Below are positions 54,754 through 64,000 of a stretch of DNA of 64,000 nucleotides, piece by piece. The stretch lies in NCBI GenBank assembly GCA_029253965.1, contig JAQWYM010000038.1:914-64913 (forward strand), in the 5' to 3' direction. The DNA comes from Gammaproteobacteria bacterium (lineage in GTDB: Bacteria > Pseudomonadota > Gammaproteobacteria > UBA4575). The notes under the pieces were generated by a model. It worked only from the letters and a program-made list of their open reading frames with translations. It ran no database searches and was not told the origin of the DNA. Made by a program: the position numbers and the translations under genes. Numbering within the stretch: the first letter of the stretch is position 1; the number at the start of each line of letters is the position of its first letter.

Positions 54754-55374
54754 CTATTTTAATTTGATAGTGCGATTCTTTGAAGTCAGTGTTACACCAC
54801 CTTGATGAGAGGTACTTATCCACATGACATCAAGCTTATGAATGCCTGAAAAAGAATCAAACACGTTAACGGTGATAGAAGACAGGCTGGTAGTGTTCTC
54901 ACAGCGGTATTGATAAGTGGCGGTCACGTCACTGTGCTTGTCAGCTTCTGCATGATTCTCATGATGGTGTTCACTTTCACTTTCATCTTCATCATGTCCG
55001 TCATGCTCATCTTGATCAGAAGCGGAGGACTCAGTGCGTTCAATAAGGTCTGATACATCGACCGTTGTCATGGTATGAACACATTGCTCATTCGACAATA
55101 AAAAAAGAGCCTCATGGTTGTGAAGCTGTGACTCGCCATGTTCCACAGCAGCGCGTTCTTCTTTGCTACTAGCCTTATGTTCAAAGCCAAGTAGATTCAT
55201 TGCTGGCGATATCAGCTGAATTTCAAGGGTCTTACCCTCCGTGGCGATATTAAGCTCGGCTAAGCCGTGCACGTGAGAACCTAGTTCTATTGCTTGCTCT
55301 GACGCCTGTGATGACGGCAGTATGATGGCTAATATAAGGCTAGCTGTGAGGACGTTAAGTCGCTGTGTTTTCAT
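54754..55374 (-). CDS. Periplasmic His/Asp/Glu-rich metal-binding protein (ZrgA / DUF2796-like)
   Basis: Signal peptide. HVHGLAELN..., acidic/His stretch DQDEHDGHDEDESESEHHHENHAEADKH. Confidence 0.6.
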   Translation of the reverse strand: MKTQRLNVLTASLILAIILPSSQASEQAIELGSHVHGLAELNIATEGKTLEIQLISPAMNLLGFEHKASSKEERAAVEHGESQLHNHEALFLLSNEQCVHTMTTVDVSDLIERTESSASDQDEHDGHDEDESESEHHHENHAEADKHSDVTATYQYRCENTTSLSSITVNVFDSFSGIHKLDVMWISTSHQGGVTLTSKNRTIKLK

Positions 55375-55517
55375 GAGTAACTATCCATTGTTGCCTAATT
55401 GATCTTAATCAGAGCTGCGAAGTCGTATGAGCAATTATCATGGTTACTCATAGGGTGGTTAGTAAGTGAAAATTAACCCTCAGCACTGAATGACGCTTGC
55501 GGTAATAATTAAAAACG

Positions 55518-55539
55518 TTGATATGTTATAACGTATCAA
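55518..55539. promoter_or_regulatory. Zur-box-like imperfect palindrome upstream of the zrgA-like gene
   Basis: TTGATATGTTATAACGTATCAA. The palindrome has the GTTATAAC core seen at 30535-30584. Confidence 0.5.
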
Positions 55540-55572
55540 TAATATTTGCTAGTCAGTCTTGCTGTCTACTCA

Positions 55573-55612
55573 ATATAGAAACCCAATTCATTATATAGAA
55601 ACCCAATTCATT
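55573..55612. repeat. Perfect 20-bp tandem duplication (ATATAGAAACCCAATTCATT, 2 copies)
   Basis: Read directly. Intergenic, between the zrgA-like promoter region and the 3' end of mgtC. Confidence 0.9.
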
Positions 55613-55870
55613 GTTTGTGGTCGGCGCTGCTTCGTCGAGGTGGCTACTTTGGTAATGAGTTTGTGAGAATTAAATAAAGAGGAGCAGCGTTGAATTTTTC
55701 GGAGTAATCATTCCTATGCACTTGAGATGACTGAGTGACTTATTTGGATGATGTGTTTTTTTGGATCTAGTTAAATTGAAATTATAGTCTTTGAGCAACT
55801 TTTTCTACGCTCTTTAAGATGGGTCGACTTAATCCTCTTCCATGAGTTTAAAAAGGTGCTCATGAAAGCA

Positions 55871-56320
55871 TCACTCAGCCTGTCTATTGATGCCTAACCG
55901 CTGCATCAGTTTGTCGAAATTAACATAAAGAACAAGCATCATCACCACAGTTGCCTGTAAAGCAATGCTGTATTGTCCAGCGCCTATGCAGGCACCTATT
56001 AAGCCACAGCCCCATATTGTTGCAGCAGTAGTTAAGCCGAATAACTGATGAGTGTCTGACTGGCGCATAATAATGCCACCGCCTAAGAAGCCGAAACCAG
56101 TAATCAAACCAGCCAATACTCGACTAAAGGCATCAGGATGACTTCCTGCTTCATTGCTTATCAGCATCATAGTCATTGTTGAGGTAACCGCGACCACACA
56201 ATAAATCCGAATACTTGCATTTCTTCGCCTATACCAAGAATCAAACCCCACCAATAAGCCTACAATAATAGCTAATGCTAAGCGCAGTAAAATCTGCTCT
56301 TCCGTAATCTGTTCAAACAT
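55871..56320 (-). CDS. mgtC: MgtC/SapB family membrane protein
   Basis: 149 aa. LRLALA...G..VG..R, GLTTAA.IW and G...G motifs with 4-5 TM helices. Confidence 0.78.
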   Translation of the reverse strand: MFEQITEEQILLRLALAIIVGLLVGFDSWYRRRNASIRIYCVVAVTSTMTMMLISNEAGSHPDAFSRVLAGLITGFGFLGGGIIMRQSDTHQLFGLTTAATIWGCGLIGACIGAGQYSIALQATVVMMLVLYVNFDKLMQRLGINRQAE

Positions 56321-56716
56321 TGACTGCTCCCAACAATTAACAACACTCCCTGTTAAGAAGTTAAATATTCGGTAATAAAGTGCTCATAGCAAAGCACCTT
56401 CGAGCCTATTTCTAATAAGCTGCAGATATTATTATTTTTTATGGTCGCTGGCTATAGTACTGATCTATGCGGCACACTCAAATGCAGCGTTAGAGGGGTA
56501 GGGCTGTAGCGTATAGATTGTTGTCTTGAACAATCTGCCTAAAGTAATAAAAGTCTGGAATACGAGGTCAGTGCGAGTGCTAATATTTTATTATTATCAT
56601 CTGAGATGTATTAGACCTCTTCGAATCTAAGCCGCTTTTAGACACACTAGGGCCAATAGAGTAAATATTTTCTTAGAACATAAGGCCCCAGTGCTCTGTG
56701 TACTCATTACTTAAAG

Positions 56717-57586
56717 CTAGCGTGCGATTTTAGATAGGAGATCAGGATTTATAACAAGATTTCTTACACCATGAGCATGCTTTTCAGCAAACACATTCCC
56801 TCCACACCATTGAGCCACAGAGCTAATGTCTGTCTTGGCGACTTTAGGGCGAACGTTCCAGGTGACCTGAAAAGGCGAGCCGTTGTCGTTATAGCTAGGT
56901 CCTGTTGTCGAGCCGGCATATTCAACAGCGGTGCCGGTATGACTAGGGATATTTAATGCCTGATAAAAGCCATTGTTTTTGTCGTACTGAGTTAGCTCGT
57001 TAAAATCTAATGCTTTTCTATCATTGACGAGCACATAAACCTGCGACTCCACGCGTAGTTGTGGGTTCTTAATAGAGTCACTTAAACAGGCAGCTAAAGT
57101 TGGACCAGGTTTAACCTGTGACGTCGAGTAAACATAATGAACTTCGATGGTGTCGCCAGAGAAAAGACGTCCATGCTCACCTGAACATACCTCAGTATTG
57201 ATTGGTTTTAACTCATTCATACTCAATAATCCAGAATACAAATAACCGCTTTGATATGCACCCGTATTACTAGTTGCTATTTTTGTAAACTCCCCACCTT
57301 TATGTTCAGCATTTTTATGAAAATGTATATTGCATAAATTCATTGCTGAGGAAGCTGGAGCGCTGTTAAAGGCGATACGATTAGAGCCGATATGTGAATC
57401 AATATCGCGTGGTGATTGTGGCCCAAATCCTTTGCCTACAGTCTTTTTTTTAAGCATAAGGCGTTGGGCGCCCATGTCTTTATCAAAAGTCTGTTGATCA
57501 ATCTCCGATACATTATTATTAGCGATTACATGAGTTGGTGCTATTAATGCAATGTAGATAAATAGGGTTAGTCTATTTATTTTCAT
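56717..57586 (-). CDS. Periplasmic protein with an alpha/delta-carbonic-anhydrase-like His motif (tentative)
   Basis: Signal peptide. NIHFHKNAEH ... IEVHYVY is reminiscent of the alpha-CA zinc site (HFH...EH...E.H.VH), but the spacing differs. Confidence 0.35.
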   Translation of the reverse strand: MKINRLTLFIYIALIAPTHVIANNNVSEIDQQTFDKDMGAQRLMLKKKTVGKGFGPQSPRDIDSHIGSNRIAFNSAPASSAMNLCNIHFHKNAEHKGGEFTKIATSNTGAYQSGYLYSGLLSMNELKPINTEVCSGEHGRLFSGDTIEVHYVYSTSQVKPGPTLAACLSDSIKNPQLRVESQVYVLVNDRKALDFNELTQYDKNNGFYQALNIPSHTGTAVEYAGSTTGPSYNDNGSPFQVTWNVRPKVAKTDISSVAQWCGGNVFAEKHAHGVRNLVINPDLLSKIAR

Positions 57587-58092
57587 CTTATTGCCTTCGA
57601 TACAATAGTTTAATCAGAAATACTAAGTTATTTTTTATAATTATATGCTTATACAATGGAATCACAAAAAGCTAAACAAAAAAAGAGTTTTTCAAATAAT
57701 AGTCATTCGTTTAGTGAATGGTTTCGTGTAAATAAGGTAATTCTTTGAGCTAGACATTGAGTGAACATCTGGAGTGACTTATAAATAAACTTTTCTTGAG
57801 CAAGGCGTAGAGATGACAGTGATGAGCTGCAGGCAAGAAACCAGATAGTCTAAGGCAGTGAAAAATGAGAGAAGTGGACTACATCAAATAGATCCTTGTA
57901 AGGTGTTTTATCTCAGAGTTTACTTTCAGCTGTTCATTTTAGGGCTTGTCAGTGCAAGGCCTAGGCTTACAGCTAGTCTCAGCAGACGCATCAGTACTAA
58001 GGCTGTATAAGTTATAAATGTTATAGATTGAACTTAATTGATGTGTATTTGTCTTTTGTGAAAGCTTTTTAAATTAGTAGTCTCAGCAATGG

Positions 58093-58491
58093 ATGATTCT
58101 CTTGAGTAAGTACAATACATTTATAACCAGTTCGCTTTTATTGTCATTATTAGTGCACTCAGTCGCTTATGCGGGTTTGTCGTGCCTAGATATGGGTATG
58201 CAGAATATGGGCATGCAGGATATGACGATGACTGAGATGAATCACTCTAATCAGCATCAGCACCATCATCTGTCTAATGATAATCTTGATAAGGGTTTAG
58301 ATAATTGCTGTGAGAGTGATAGTGGTTGTTTTATGCCTGCCTGCGTTGCTTTTGTCTCAATTTTAGAAGCTAACCTTGAGGTCGACTCGACCCTAGTTTC
58401 TGCAGTAATTTATCTCCCACCAATGGTGCTCTTTAGTTTTTCTGGAATCCCTATTTATCACCCCCCAATTTCCCACTTAATTACAAAGTAA
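58093..58491 (+). CDS. Small secreted Met/His/Cys-rich protein, hypothetical metal-binding
   Basis: Signal peptide. MGMQNMGMQDMTMTEMNHSNQHQHHH, then CCESDSGCFMPAC. Immediately upstream of cusCBA. Confidence 0.45.
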   Translation: MILLSKYNTFITSSLLLSLLVHSVAYAGLSCLDMGMQNMGMQDMTMTEMNHSNQHQHHHLSNDNLDKGLDNCCESDSGCFMPACVAFVSILEANLEVDSTLVSAVIYLPPMVLFSFSGIPIYHPPISHLITK

Positions 58492-58648
58492 TTCCATCTC
58501 AAGTTTGCTTGTATCATAAGATTAAAACCAGCTTGCGAGCACTAATAGATGGGTTAAGTGGGAGTTATTTAATCTAATTGATGGTAACTCTCCCGATTCA
58601 GACCTAGCTTCTTTATCAATTGATGGGGAAGTGTTTCAGGAGGGGGCT

Positions 58649-60115
58649 ATGCATAAGCAACGCCAATCTTTTTCTCAAGTATTACAGTATAGATTTAATC
58701 ATCTGCTAACTAGCAGAAGGATCACTAATGTTTTTATAACAACTACTTTTCTCTTGTTATTTAACAGTCTATCGCTGCAAGCGAACCAATATGAGGCCAA
58801 GCAGAATAAAATGCCTCTTAGCCTTGAGCAGGCCATTAAGCGTGCTCAACAGAATGATCCTTGGTTGCAGGGTAGTTTGTATCGACAGCATTCAATGGAA
58901 GCGCTGAGTGCTGCTGCCATTAGCCTGCCGGATACAAAATTCTCAGTCGGCGTAGCTAATCTCCCCTTTGATAGTTTTGCCTTTGATCAAGAACCAATGA
59001 CTCAATTCAGAGTAGGTGTTCAACAAGCATTTCCGCGAGGTGATACGTTAGCATTGAGGCAAAAACAGCTAAGTCTACGCAGCACTCAGCATCCATTTCA
59101 ACGGGCTAAGCAAAGAGCTGAGGTTGCGGTTATTGTATCCGAATTATGGCTGGATGCCTTTGCCGCAGAGGAAAGTATTCGTATAACTCTGGAAAACCGA
59201 GAGCTATTTGATTACTTAGTCGATATAGCAACGTCTAACTTAGCCTCAGGTCTGAAAAAGACACGGCAACAAGACTTAATTCGTGCTCGCTTAGAACTCA
59301 CTCACTTAGATGATCGATTAATCGTCTTACAGCAACGCCATGACGTCGCTGTATTTAAGTTGTGGCAATGGTTACAAACCGCAATACCTCAAGTTGCTGA
59401 TAATCTGGCATCAATTGATGCGCAGCATGATCGGATGAGATTACTTAATCACTTACCTCATATTGAGCTCAAGCATGCTGAGCTATTGCAGAATGCGTTA
59501 CCACTGAGTGCCCAAACCTTATGGCCTTATGTGGCAGATCATCCATCGATTCGCAGTATTGAACAAAAAATAATTGCAAGCCGAGTCAATATTGATCTGG
59601 CTAAACAAAAGTTCATGCCACAGTGGGGGGTGAATGCAAGCTATAGCTATCGAAATCAGGATTCTAGAGGTCATAACGCCGCTGATCTAGTCTCATTAGG
59701 TGTCACCTTCGATCTCCCTATTTTTACTCATAAACGCCATGACCATGAGTTGCAGTCTGCAATCTCAGATAACGATGCAATAGAAACTGAAAAATGGTCA
59801 TTAGTACGCAACATGCTAGCCGCCTTAGAGGCTGCTAGAGGGCGTTTAATACACTTAAGTAAGCGCCAGCATCTGTATGAGTCTCGATTGCTGAAAGAGA
59901 CGCATTCTCAAGCTGAGGCGGCTCTGATCGCATATACCCATGGTGATGCTGAGTTTGCTGAAGTAATGCGTGCGCGTATCGCCAGATTAAATGTGCAAAT
60001 TGACGCCGTGGCTATTGTTATTGAACGAATGAAAACCATCGTTCAATTGAATTACTTTTTCATAGGCAGCAACGCTATGGAAAATAATATTCAGTTAGGG
60101 GGAGATCATGAATAA
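58649..60115 (+). CDS. cusC: Outer-membrane efflux protein (TolC/CusC family)
   Basis: OEP repeats. The ATG at 58649 is preceded by AGGAGGGGG. Overlaps the downstream adaptor gene by 8 nt. Confidence 0.8.
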   Translation: MHKQRQSFSQVLQYRFNHLLTSRRITNVFITTTFLLLFNSLSLQANQYEAKQNKMPLSLEQAIKRAQQNDPWLQGSLYRQHSMEALSAAAISLPDTKFSVGVANLPFDSFAFDQEPMTQFRVGVQQAFPRGDTLALRQKQLSLRSTQHPFQRAKQRAEVAVIVSELWLDAFAAEESIRITLENRELFDYLVDIATSNLASGLKKTRQQDLIRARLELTHLDDRLIVLQQRHDVAVFKLWQWLQTAIPQVADNLASIDAQHDRMRLLNHLPHIELKHAELLQNALPLSAQTLWPYVADHPSIRSIEQKIIASRVNIDLAKQKFMPQWGVNASYSYRNQDSRGHNAADLVSLGVTFDLPIFTHKRHDHELQSAISDNDAIETEKWSLVRNMLAALEAARGRLIHLSKRQHLYESRLLKETHSQAEAALIAYTHGDAEFAEVMRARIARLNVQIDAVAIVIERMKTIVQLNYFFIGSNAMENNIQLGGDHE

Positions 60116-61349
60116 AACAAAGAAAAGTCTTTTGCTTTATGCGCTGGTGGTGTTGCTCGCTATAGTTTGTCTGAACTTATTTTTGAATAACGAGATGACT
60201 GCTAAGCATAATGAAAGTAGTAACGGGTTGAGCAATCTAGAAAAAGATATTTTATATTGGGTGGCACCTATGGATCCTAACTACCAACGTCACAAGCCGG
60301 GTCTATCACCAATGGGAATGGCTCTTATCCCTGTCTATAACAAAGCGACTATAAGATCAGCTGACGCCGGTAACATTAAAATTTCGCCCGCCGTGGTTAA
60401 TAATCTTGGAGTGCGCACCAGCAAGGTCATGATGCAATCTTTGGACATGCAAATTAAGACGGTTGGTTATGTTCAATATGATCAGCAACGCATAATGCAT
60501 ATGCACCCTCGTGTTGAGGGCTGGGTTGAAAAACTCTATATCAAGGCAGCGGGAGATCCGGTAGTTAAAGGTCAGCCAATATATGAACTGTATTCACCGC
60601 AGTTGCTGAGTGTCCAAGAAGAGTTTCTTTATGCCTTAAAAAATGGCCAACCCAACTTAATTAAGGCAGGAGAAGAGAGATTGCTTGCCTTTCAGTTTCA
60701 TCGTTCAGTCATTGAAGAATTAAAAAAAAGTAGAACTATAAAGCAGAGCGTTACATTCCACTCGCCTCAAAACGGGGTAATTGATGAGCTCAATATGCGT
60801 CAAGGCTCTTTTGTAAAACCAGATAGAACTCTGGTAACGATAGTTGCATTAGATGAAGTATGGGTTGAGGCTGAGGTGTTTGAACGTCAATCTGCCGGTG
60901 TTGAAGTTGGCTTAGCGGTGACCATGAGCTTAGATTATAGGCCGGGTATGCAATGGCTGGGCACGGTGGATTCTATCTATCCGTCTCTGGATGCCGCAAA
61001 CCGAACGCTGCGTGTACGTCTACGCATTGTCAATAAAGACGCCATGCTAAAGCCAAATATGTTTGCACAAGTGATTATTCACGTTGCAGCAGGGGCGCAA
61101 AGTATGCTGGTTCCCCGAGCAGCAGTGATCCGCACAGGTGCCCAAGATCGAGTGGTACTCGCACTCGGTGACGGCGCTTACAAATCGGTTGCAGTGCAGC
61201 TTGGCAAGATGAATGATCAGTATATAGAGATTTTAGATGGCTTAAGTCTCGATGACAGTGTGGTGACCTCTGCCCAGTTTTTACTAGACTCTGAGTCGAG
61301 TAAAAGCGCCGACTTCAAGCGCCTCCATCATGGCGAGGTAGCACCATGA
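60108..61349 (+). CDS. cusB: RND efflux periplasmic adaptor (CusB-like)
   Basis: N-terminal Met-rich metal site (YWVAPMDPNY...GLSPMGMALIP) plus barrel-sandwich and beta-barrel adaptor motifs. Confidence 0.82.
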   Translation: MNKTKKSLLLYALVVLLAIVCLNLFLNNEMTAKHNESSNGLSNLEKDILYWVAPMDPNYQRHKPGLSPMGMALIPVYNKATIRSADAGNIKISPAVVNNLGVRTSKVMMQSLDMQIKTVGYVQYDQQRIMHMHPRVEGWVEKLYIKAAGDPVVKGQPIYELYSPQLLSVQEEFLYALKNGQPNLIKAGEERLLAFQFHRSVIEELKKSRTIKQSVTFHSPQNGVIDELNMRQGSFVKPDRTLVTIVALDEVWVEAEVFERQSAGVEVGLAVTMSLDYRPGMQWLGTVDSIYPSLDAANRTLRVRLRIVNKDAMLKPNMFAQVIIHVAAGAQSMLVPRAAVIRTGAQDRVVLALGDGAYKSVAVQLGKMNDQYIEILDGLSLDDSVVTSAQFLLDSESSKSADFKRLHHGEVAP

Positions 61350-64000
61350 TTATAAGAATTATTCATTGGTCTATCGATCACCGACTTTTTGTCATGCTAG
61401 CTGCCGTTATGATTGTCTTTGCCGGCTTGTTCGCTATAAAACACACGCCAATAGATGCTATTCCCGATCTATCTGATGTACAGGTGATTATTAAAACCAG
61501 CTACCCCGGACAAGCACCACAGGTTGTTGAGGATCAAGTAACTTATCCTTTAACCACTGCCATGCTTGCAGTTCCCGGCGCTGAGACGGTTCGTGGTTTT
61601 TCTTTCTTTGGTGATTCTTATGTCTATATTATCTTTGATGAGGATACTGACATTTACTGGGCGCGTAGTCGCGTATTGGAATATCTCAGTCAGGCTTCAG
61701 CACAGTTACCGCAAACTGCAAAGCCACAGCTGGGCCCAGATGCGACCGGTGTCGGCTGGGTTTATATTTATGCATTAATTGATCGCAGTGGCGCTCACGA
61801 TATCAGTCAACTGCGTGCTTTTCAGGACTATTACTTAAAGTATGAGCTGCAAACCGTATCCGGCGTCTCGGAAGTGGCCACTGCTGGTGGCATGGTCAAA
61901 CAGTACCAAGTGACGATAAATCCAGAAAAATTGCGTGCCTTTGGCATACCACTAGCCCATGTCGAAACAGCGATTAAACGTGGTAACCAAGTGATCGCTG
62001 CTTCGGTGGTGGAAATGGCTGAGGCCGAGTATATGGTGACTGCCTCGGGTTATATTAAAAGCCAAGAAGATCTTGCCAGTATTCCCCTTGGTGTTAATCA
62101 AAATGGAACCGCACTACGGCTCAAAGATATCGCTGATATTGGGCTTGGACCGCAAATGCGACGTGCTGTTGTTGATCTCAATGGTGAAGGTGAAACGGTC
62201 GGCGGTATTATCGTGATGAGCTATGCAGAAAATGCTCAAACTACGATTGACGGCGTTAAGCAAAAACTCGAACAACTGGCACAGAGTCTTCCTCAAGGTG
62301 TCGAGATAATTACGGTTTATGACCGCTCCGAGCTGATTGAGAATGCAGTGCAAAATCTTTGGCATAAATTGCTAGAAGAATTCATCATTGTGATCTTAGT
62401 CTGTGCGGTGTTCTTATTTCATCTGCGTTCTTCCTTGGTTGTGATAATCACCGTACCAGTAGGTATTTTAATGGCATTTATCATCATGTACCTGCAAGGC
62501 ATTAACGCCAACATCATGTCACTCGGTGGTATTGCTATTGCTATAGGTGCGATGGTTGATGGCGCTATTGTGATGATGGAAAACATGCATAAACATATTG
62601 AGAAAACGCCGCTAAGCGATGAGAGTCGTTGGTCTATTGTTGCAAAATCAGCCTCTGAAGTTGGGCCTGCTCTCTTTTTCTGCCTATTAATTATCACCAT
62701 TAGCTTTATCCCAGTCTTCACATTAGAGGCACAAGAAGGGCGAATGTTTTCTCCTTTGGCATTCACCAAAACCTATGCAATGGCAGCCTCTGCAGTGCTT
62801 TCAATCACGCTAGTGCCAATCTTGATGGGTTACTTTATCCGTGGAAAAATACGGCCAGAGCGGAGTAACCCGCTGAATCAATTATTGCTATCTTTATATG
62901 TGCCGAGTTTAAAAAAAGCGCTGCAATATCCGTGGTTGGTGCTGCTTGTTACTTTGCTCCTATTGAGTACGGTGCTCTGGCCTCTAGACGAAATCGAGAG
63001 CGAGTTCATGCCCTCATTAGATGAGGGTGGCCTAATGTATATGCCAAGTACCTATCCTGGAATTTCAATTGGTAAGGCGCGTGAACTGTTACAGCAAACT
63101 GATAAATTGATTCGCACAATACCGGAAGTAAAAACAGTCTTTGGGAAATTGGGTCGTGCTGAAACAGCAACCGACCCTGCACCATTGACGATGATGGAAT
63201 CGTTCATTCAATTTAAGCCGCGTGAGCAATGGCGAGCTGGAGTTACTCCGGAGAGTTTAAAAGCAGAGATGGATAGCTTGTTACAGCTGCCGGGTGTGAC
63301 TAATGCATGGGTCATGCCAATTAAGGCGCGAATCGATATGTTGGCAACAGGCATAAAAACGCCAGTAGGCATAAAAGTTTCTGGTCCTGAATTAGCCACT
63401 ATTCAACGCATTGGTAAAGATTTAGAAAACATCCTAAGCGATGTGCCAGGTACTGCCTCAGTTTATGCTGAACGAGTAGTCGCTGGGCGCTATATTAATA
63501 TTGATATTGATCGCGAACGAGCGGCACGTTACGGATTAAATATTGCTGATGTGCAAGAGGTGATTGCTGTTGCCATTGGTGGCGTTAATGTCACTGAAAC
63601 TGTAGAAGAATTAGAGCGCTATCCGGTCAATATCCGTTATCCACAAAGCTATCGTGATTCTCCAGAGCAAATGTCGTTACTTCCAATAGTTACCGCAACG
63701 GGTCAACAGTTTACCTTGGGTGATATTGCTGATATTGGAATAGAGCAGGGGCCAGCAAGCATTAAAAGCGAAAATGCGAGAATTACTGGTTGGACTTATA
63801 TCGATATTGATGATGTAGGCGTTGGTAGTTATGTAAAGACTGCAAAAAAGGCAGTAAGAGAGCATTTAAAACTACCGGTTGGTTACTCTATCAAATGGGC
63901 TGGTCAATATGAATATTTGCAACGCGCTAAGAAAAAAATGAATTATGTTATGCCATTGATGCTCTTCATTATTGCCTTATTACTATTTATAAACTTTAGC
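61346..64000 (+). CDS. cusA: Heavy-metal (Cu(I)/Ag(I)) RND efflux pump CusA, N-terminal 885 codons (3' end lies outside the window)
   Basis: The ATG overlaps the cusB stop (ATGA). I translated the first ~200 codons, the Met-triad regions and the last ~35 codons; these stay open and align with E. coli CusA (PDLSDVQVIIKTSYPGQAPQ..). The rest of the frame was not read codon by codon. Met-triad equivalents are conserved (LMYMPST, LTMMESF, RIDMLATGIK). Not listed in the ORF track because there is no stop in the window. Confidence 0.9.
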   Translation, partial: MIIRIIHWSIDHRLFVMLAAVMIVFAGLFAIKHTPIDAIPDLSDVQVIIKTSYPGQAPQVVEDQVTYPLTTAMLAVPGAETVRGFSFFGDSYVYIIFDEDTDIYWARSRVLEYLSQASAQLPQTAKPQLGPDATGVGWVYIYALIDRSGAHDISQLRAFQDYYLKYELQTVSGVSEVATAGGMVKQYQVTINPEKLRAFGIPLAHVETAIKRGNQVIAASVVEMAEAEYMVTASGYIKSQEDLASIPLGVNQNGTALRLKDIADIGLGPQMRRAVVDLNGEGETVGGIIVMSYAENAQTTIDGVKQKLEQLAQSLPQGVEIITVYDRSELIENAVQNLWHKLLEEFIIVILVCAVFLFHLRSSLVVIITVPVGILMAFIIMYLQGINANIMSLGGIAIAIGAMVDGAIVMMENMHKHIEKTPLSDESRWSIVAKSASEVGPALFFCLLIITISFIPVFTLEAQEGRMFSPLAFTKTYAMAASAVLSITLVPILMGYFIRGKIRPERSNPLNQLLLSLYVPSLKKALQYPWLVLLVTLLLLSTVLWPLDEIESEFMPSLDEGGLMYMPSTYPGISIGKARELLQQTDKLIRTIPEVKTVFGKLGRAETATDPAPLTMMESFIQFKPREQWRAGVTPESLKAEMDSLLQLPGVTNAWVMPIKARIDMLATGIKTPVGIKVSGPELATIQRIGKDLENILSDVPGTASVYAERVVAGRYINIDIDRERAARYGLNIADVQEVIAVAIGGVNVTETVEELERYPVNIRYPQSYRDSPEQMSLLPIVTATGQQFTLGDIADIGIEQGPASIKSENARITGWTYIDIDDVGVGSYVKTAKKAVREHLKLPVGYSIKWAGQYEYLQRAKKKMNYVMPLMLFIIALLLFINFS

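Noticed and set aside
56514-56536. Hairpin AGATTGTT-GTCTTG-AACAATCT upstream of mgtC, considered as part of a Mg2+ riboswitch or leader
   Set aside because: I could not recognise any other conserved M-box or mgtA-leader elements. A single short hairpin is not enough.

Overview
This window looks like chromosomal DNA from a moderately AT-rich marine gammaproteobacterium, possibly Oceanospirillales-like; that placement is an inference from gene content only. About 60 protein-coding genes can be supported. I found no rRNA, tRNA, CRISPR array, transposase or integrase. The left end is a conserved housekeeping block (fabF'-pabC-mltG-tmk-holB, then msrQ, bioA, an L,D-transpeptidase and an Lpp-like lipoprotein). 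The rest is a mosaic of stress and accessory modules. (1) A RuBisCO-like protein (RLP) fused to a C-terminal cupin domain. (2) A divergent pair made of a SenB-like glycosyltransferase and a pyridine-nucleotide-disulfide-oxidoreductase::SelD fusion, which is a candidate selenosugar or organoselenium pathway with no senA in the window. (3) A roughly 9-kb putative light or oxidative-stress block: DNA-repair AlkB, a DCC-family protein, a CryPro/FeS-BCP-type photolyase homologue that has no CxxC motif, and an operon encoding a CFA-synthase-like protein, DUF1365, an FAD oxidoreductase, an SDR, an NTF2-like protein, DUF3429 and DUF2878. (4) Two zinc (Zur) loci: a ZnuD-like TonB receptor with an (EEEEEH)n insert next to zur, and a Zrg-like ABC system. 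Each locus carries a paralogous MerC-like small membrane protein and Zur-box-like palindromes. (5) A TonB receptor divergent from a Cys/His-motif BNR propeller and a TlpA-like protein. (6) A membrane AlkB/XylM-type monooxygenase cluster with a FadL-like porin, a GST-like protein and a LuxR regulator. (7) Two AT-rich islets: a leaderless S8 subtilase with three tandem PPC domains plus an orphan ORF, and a 473-aa secreted Cys-rich protein with one CXXCH motif. (8) A cusCBA copper/silver efflux operon running off the right edge, preceded by a small Met/His/Cys-rich protein. The candidates most worth follow-up are the senB/PNDR-selD pair and the RLP-cupin fusion. All functional calls come from reading motifs in the supplied translations; no database search was run.
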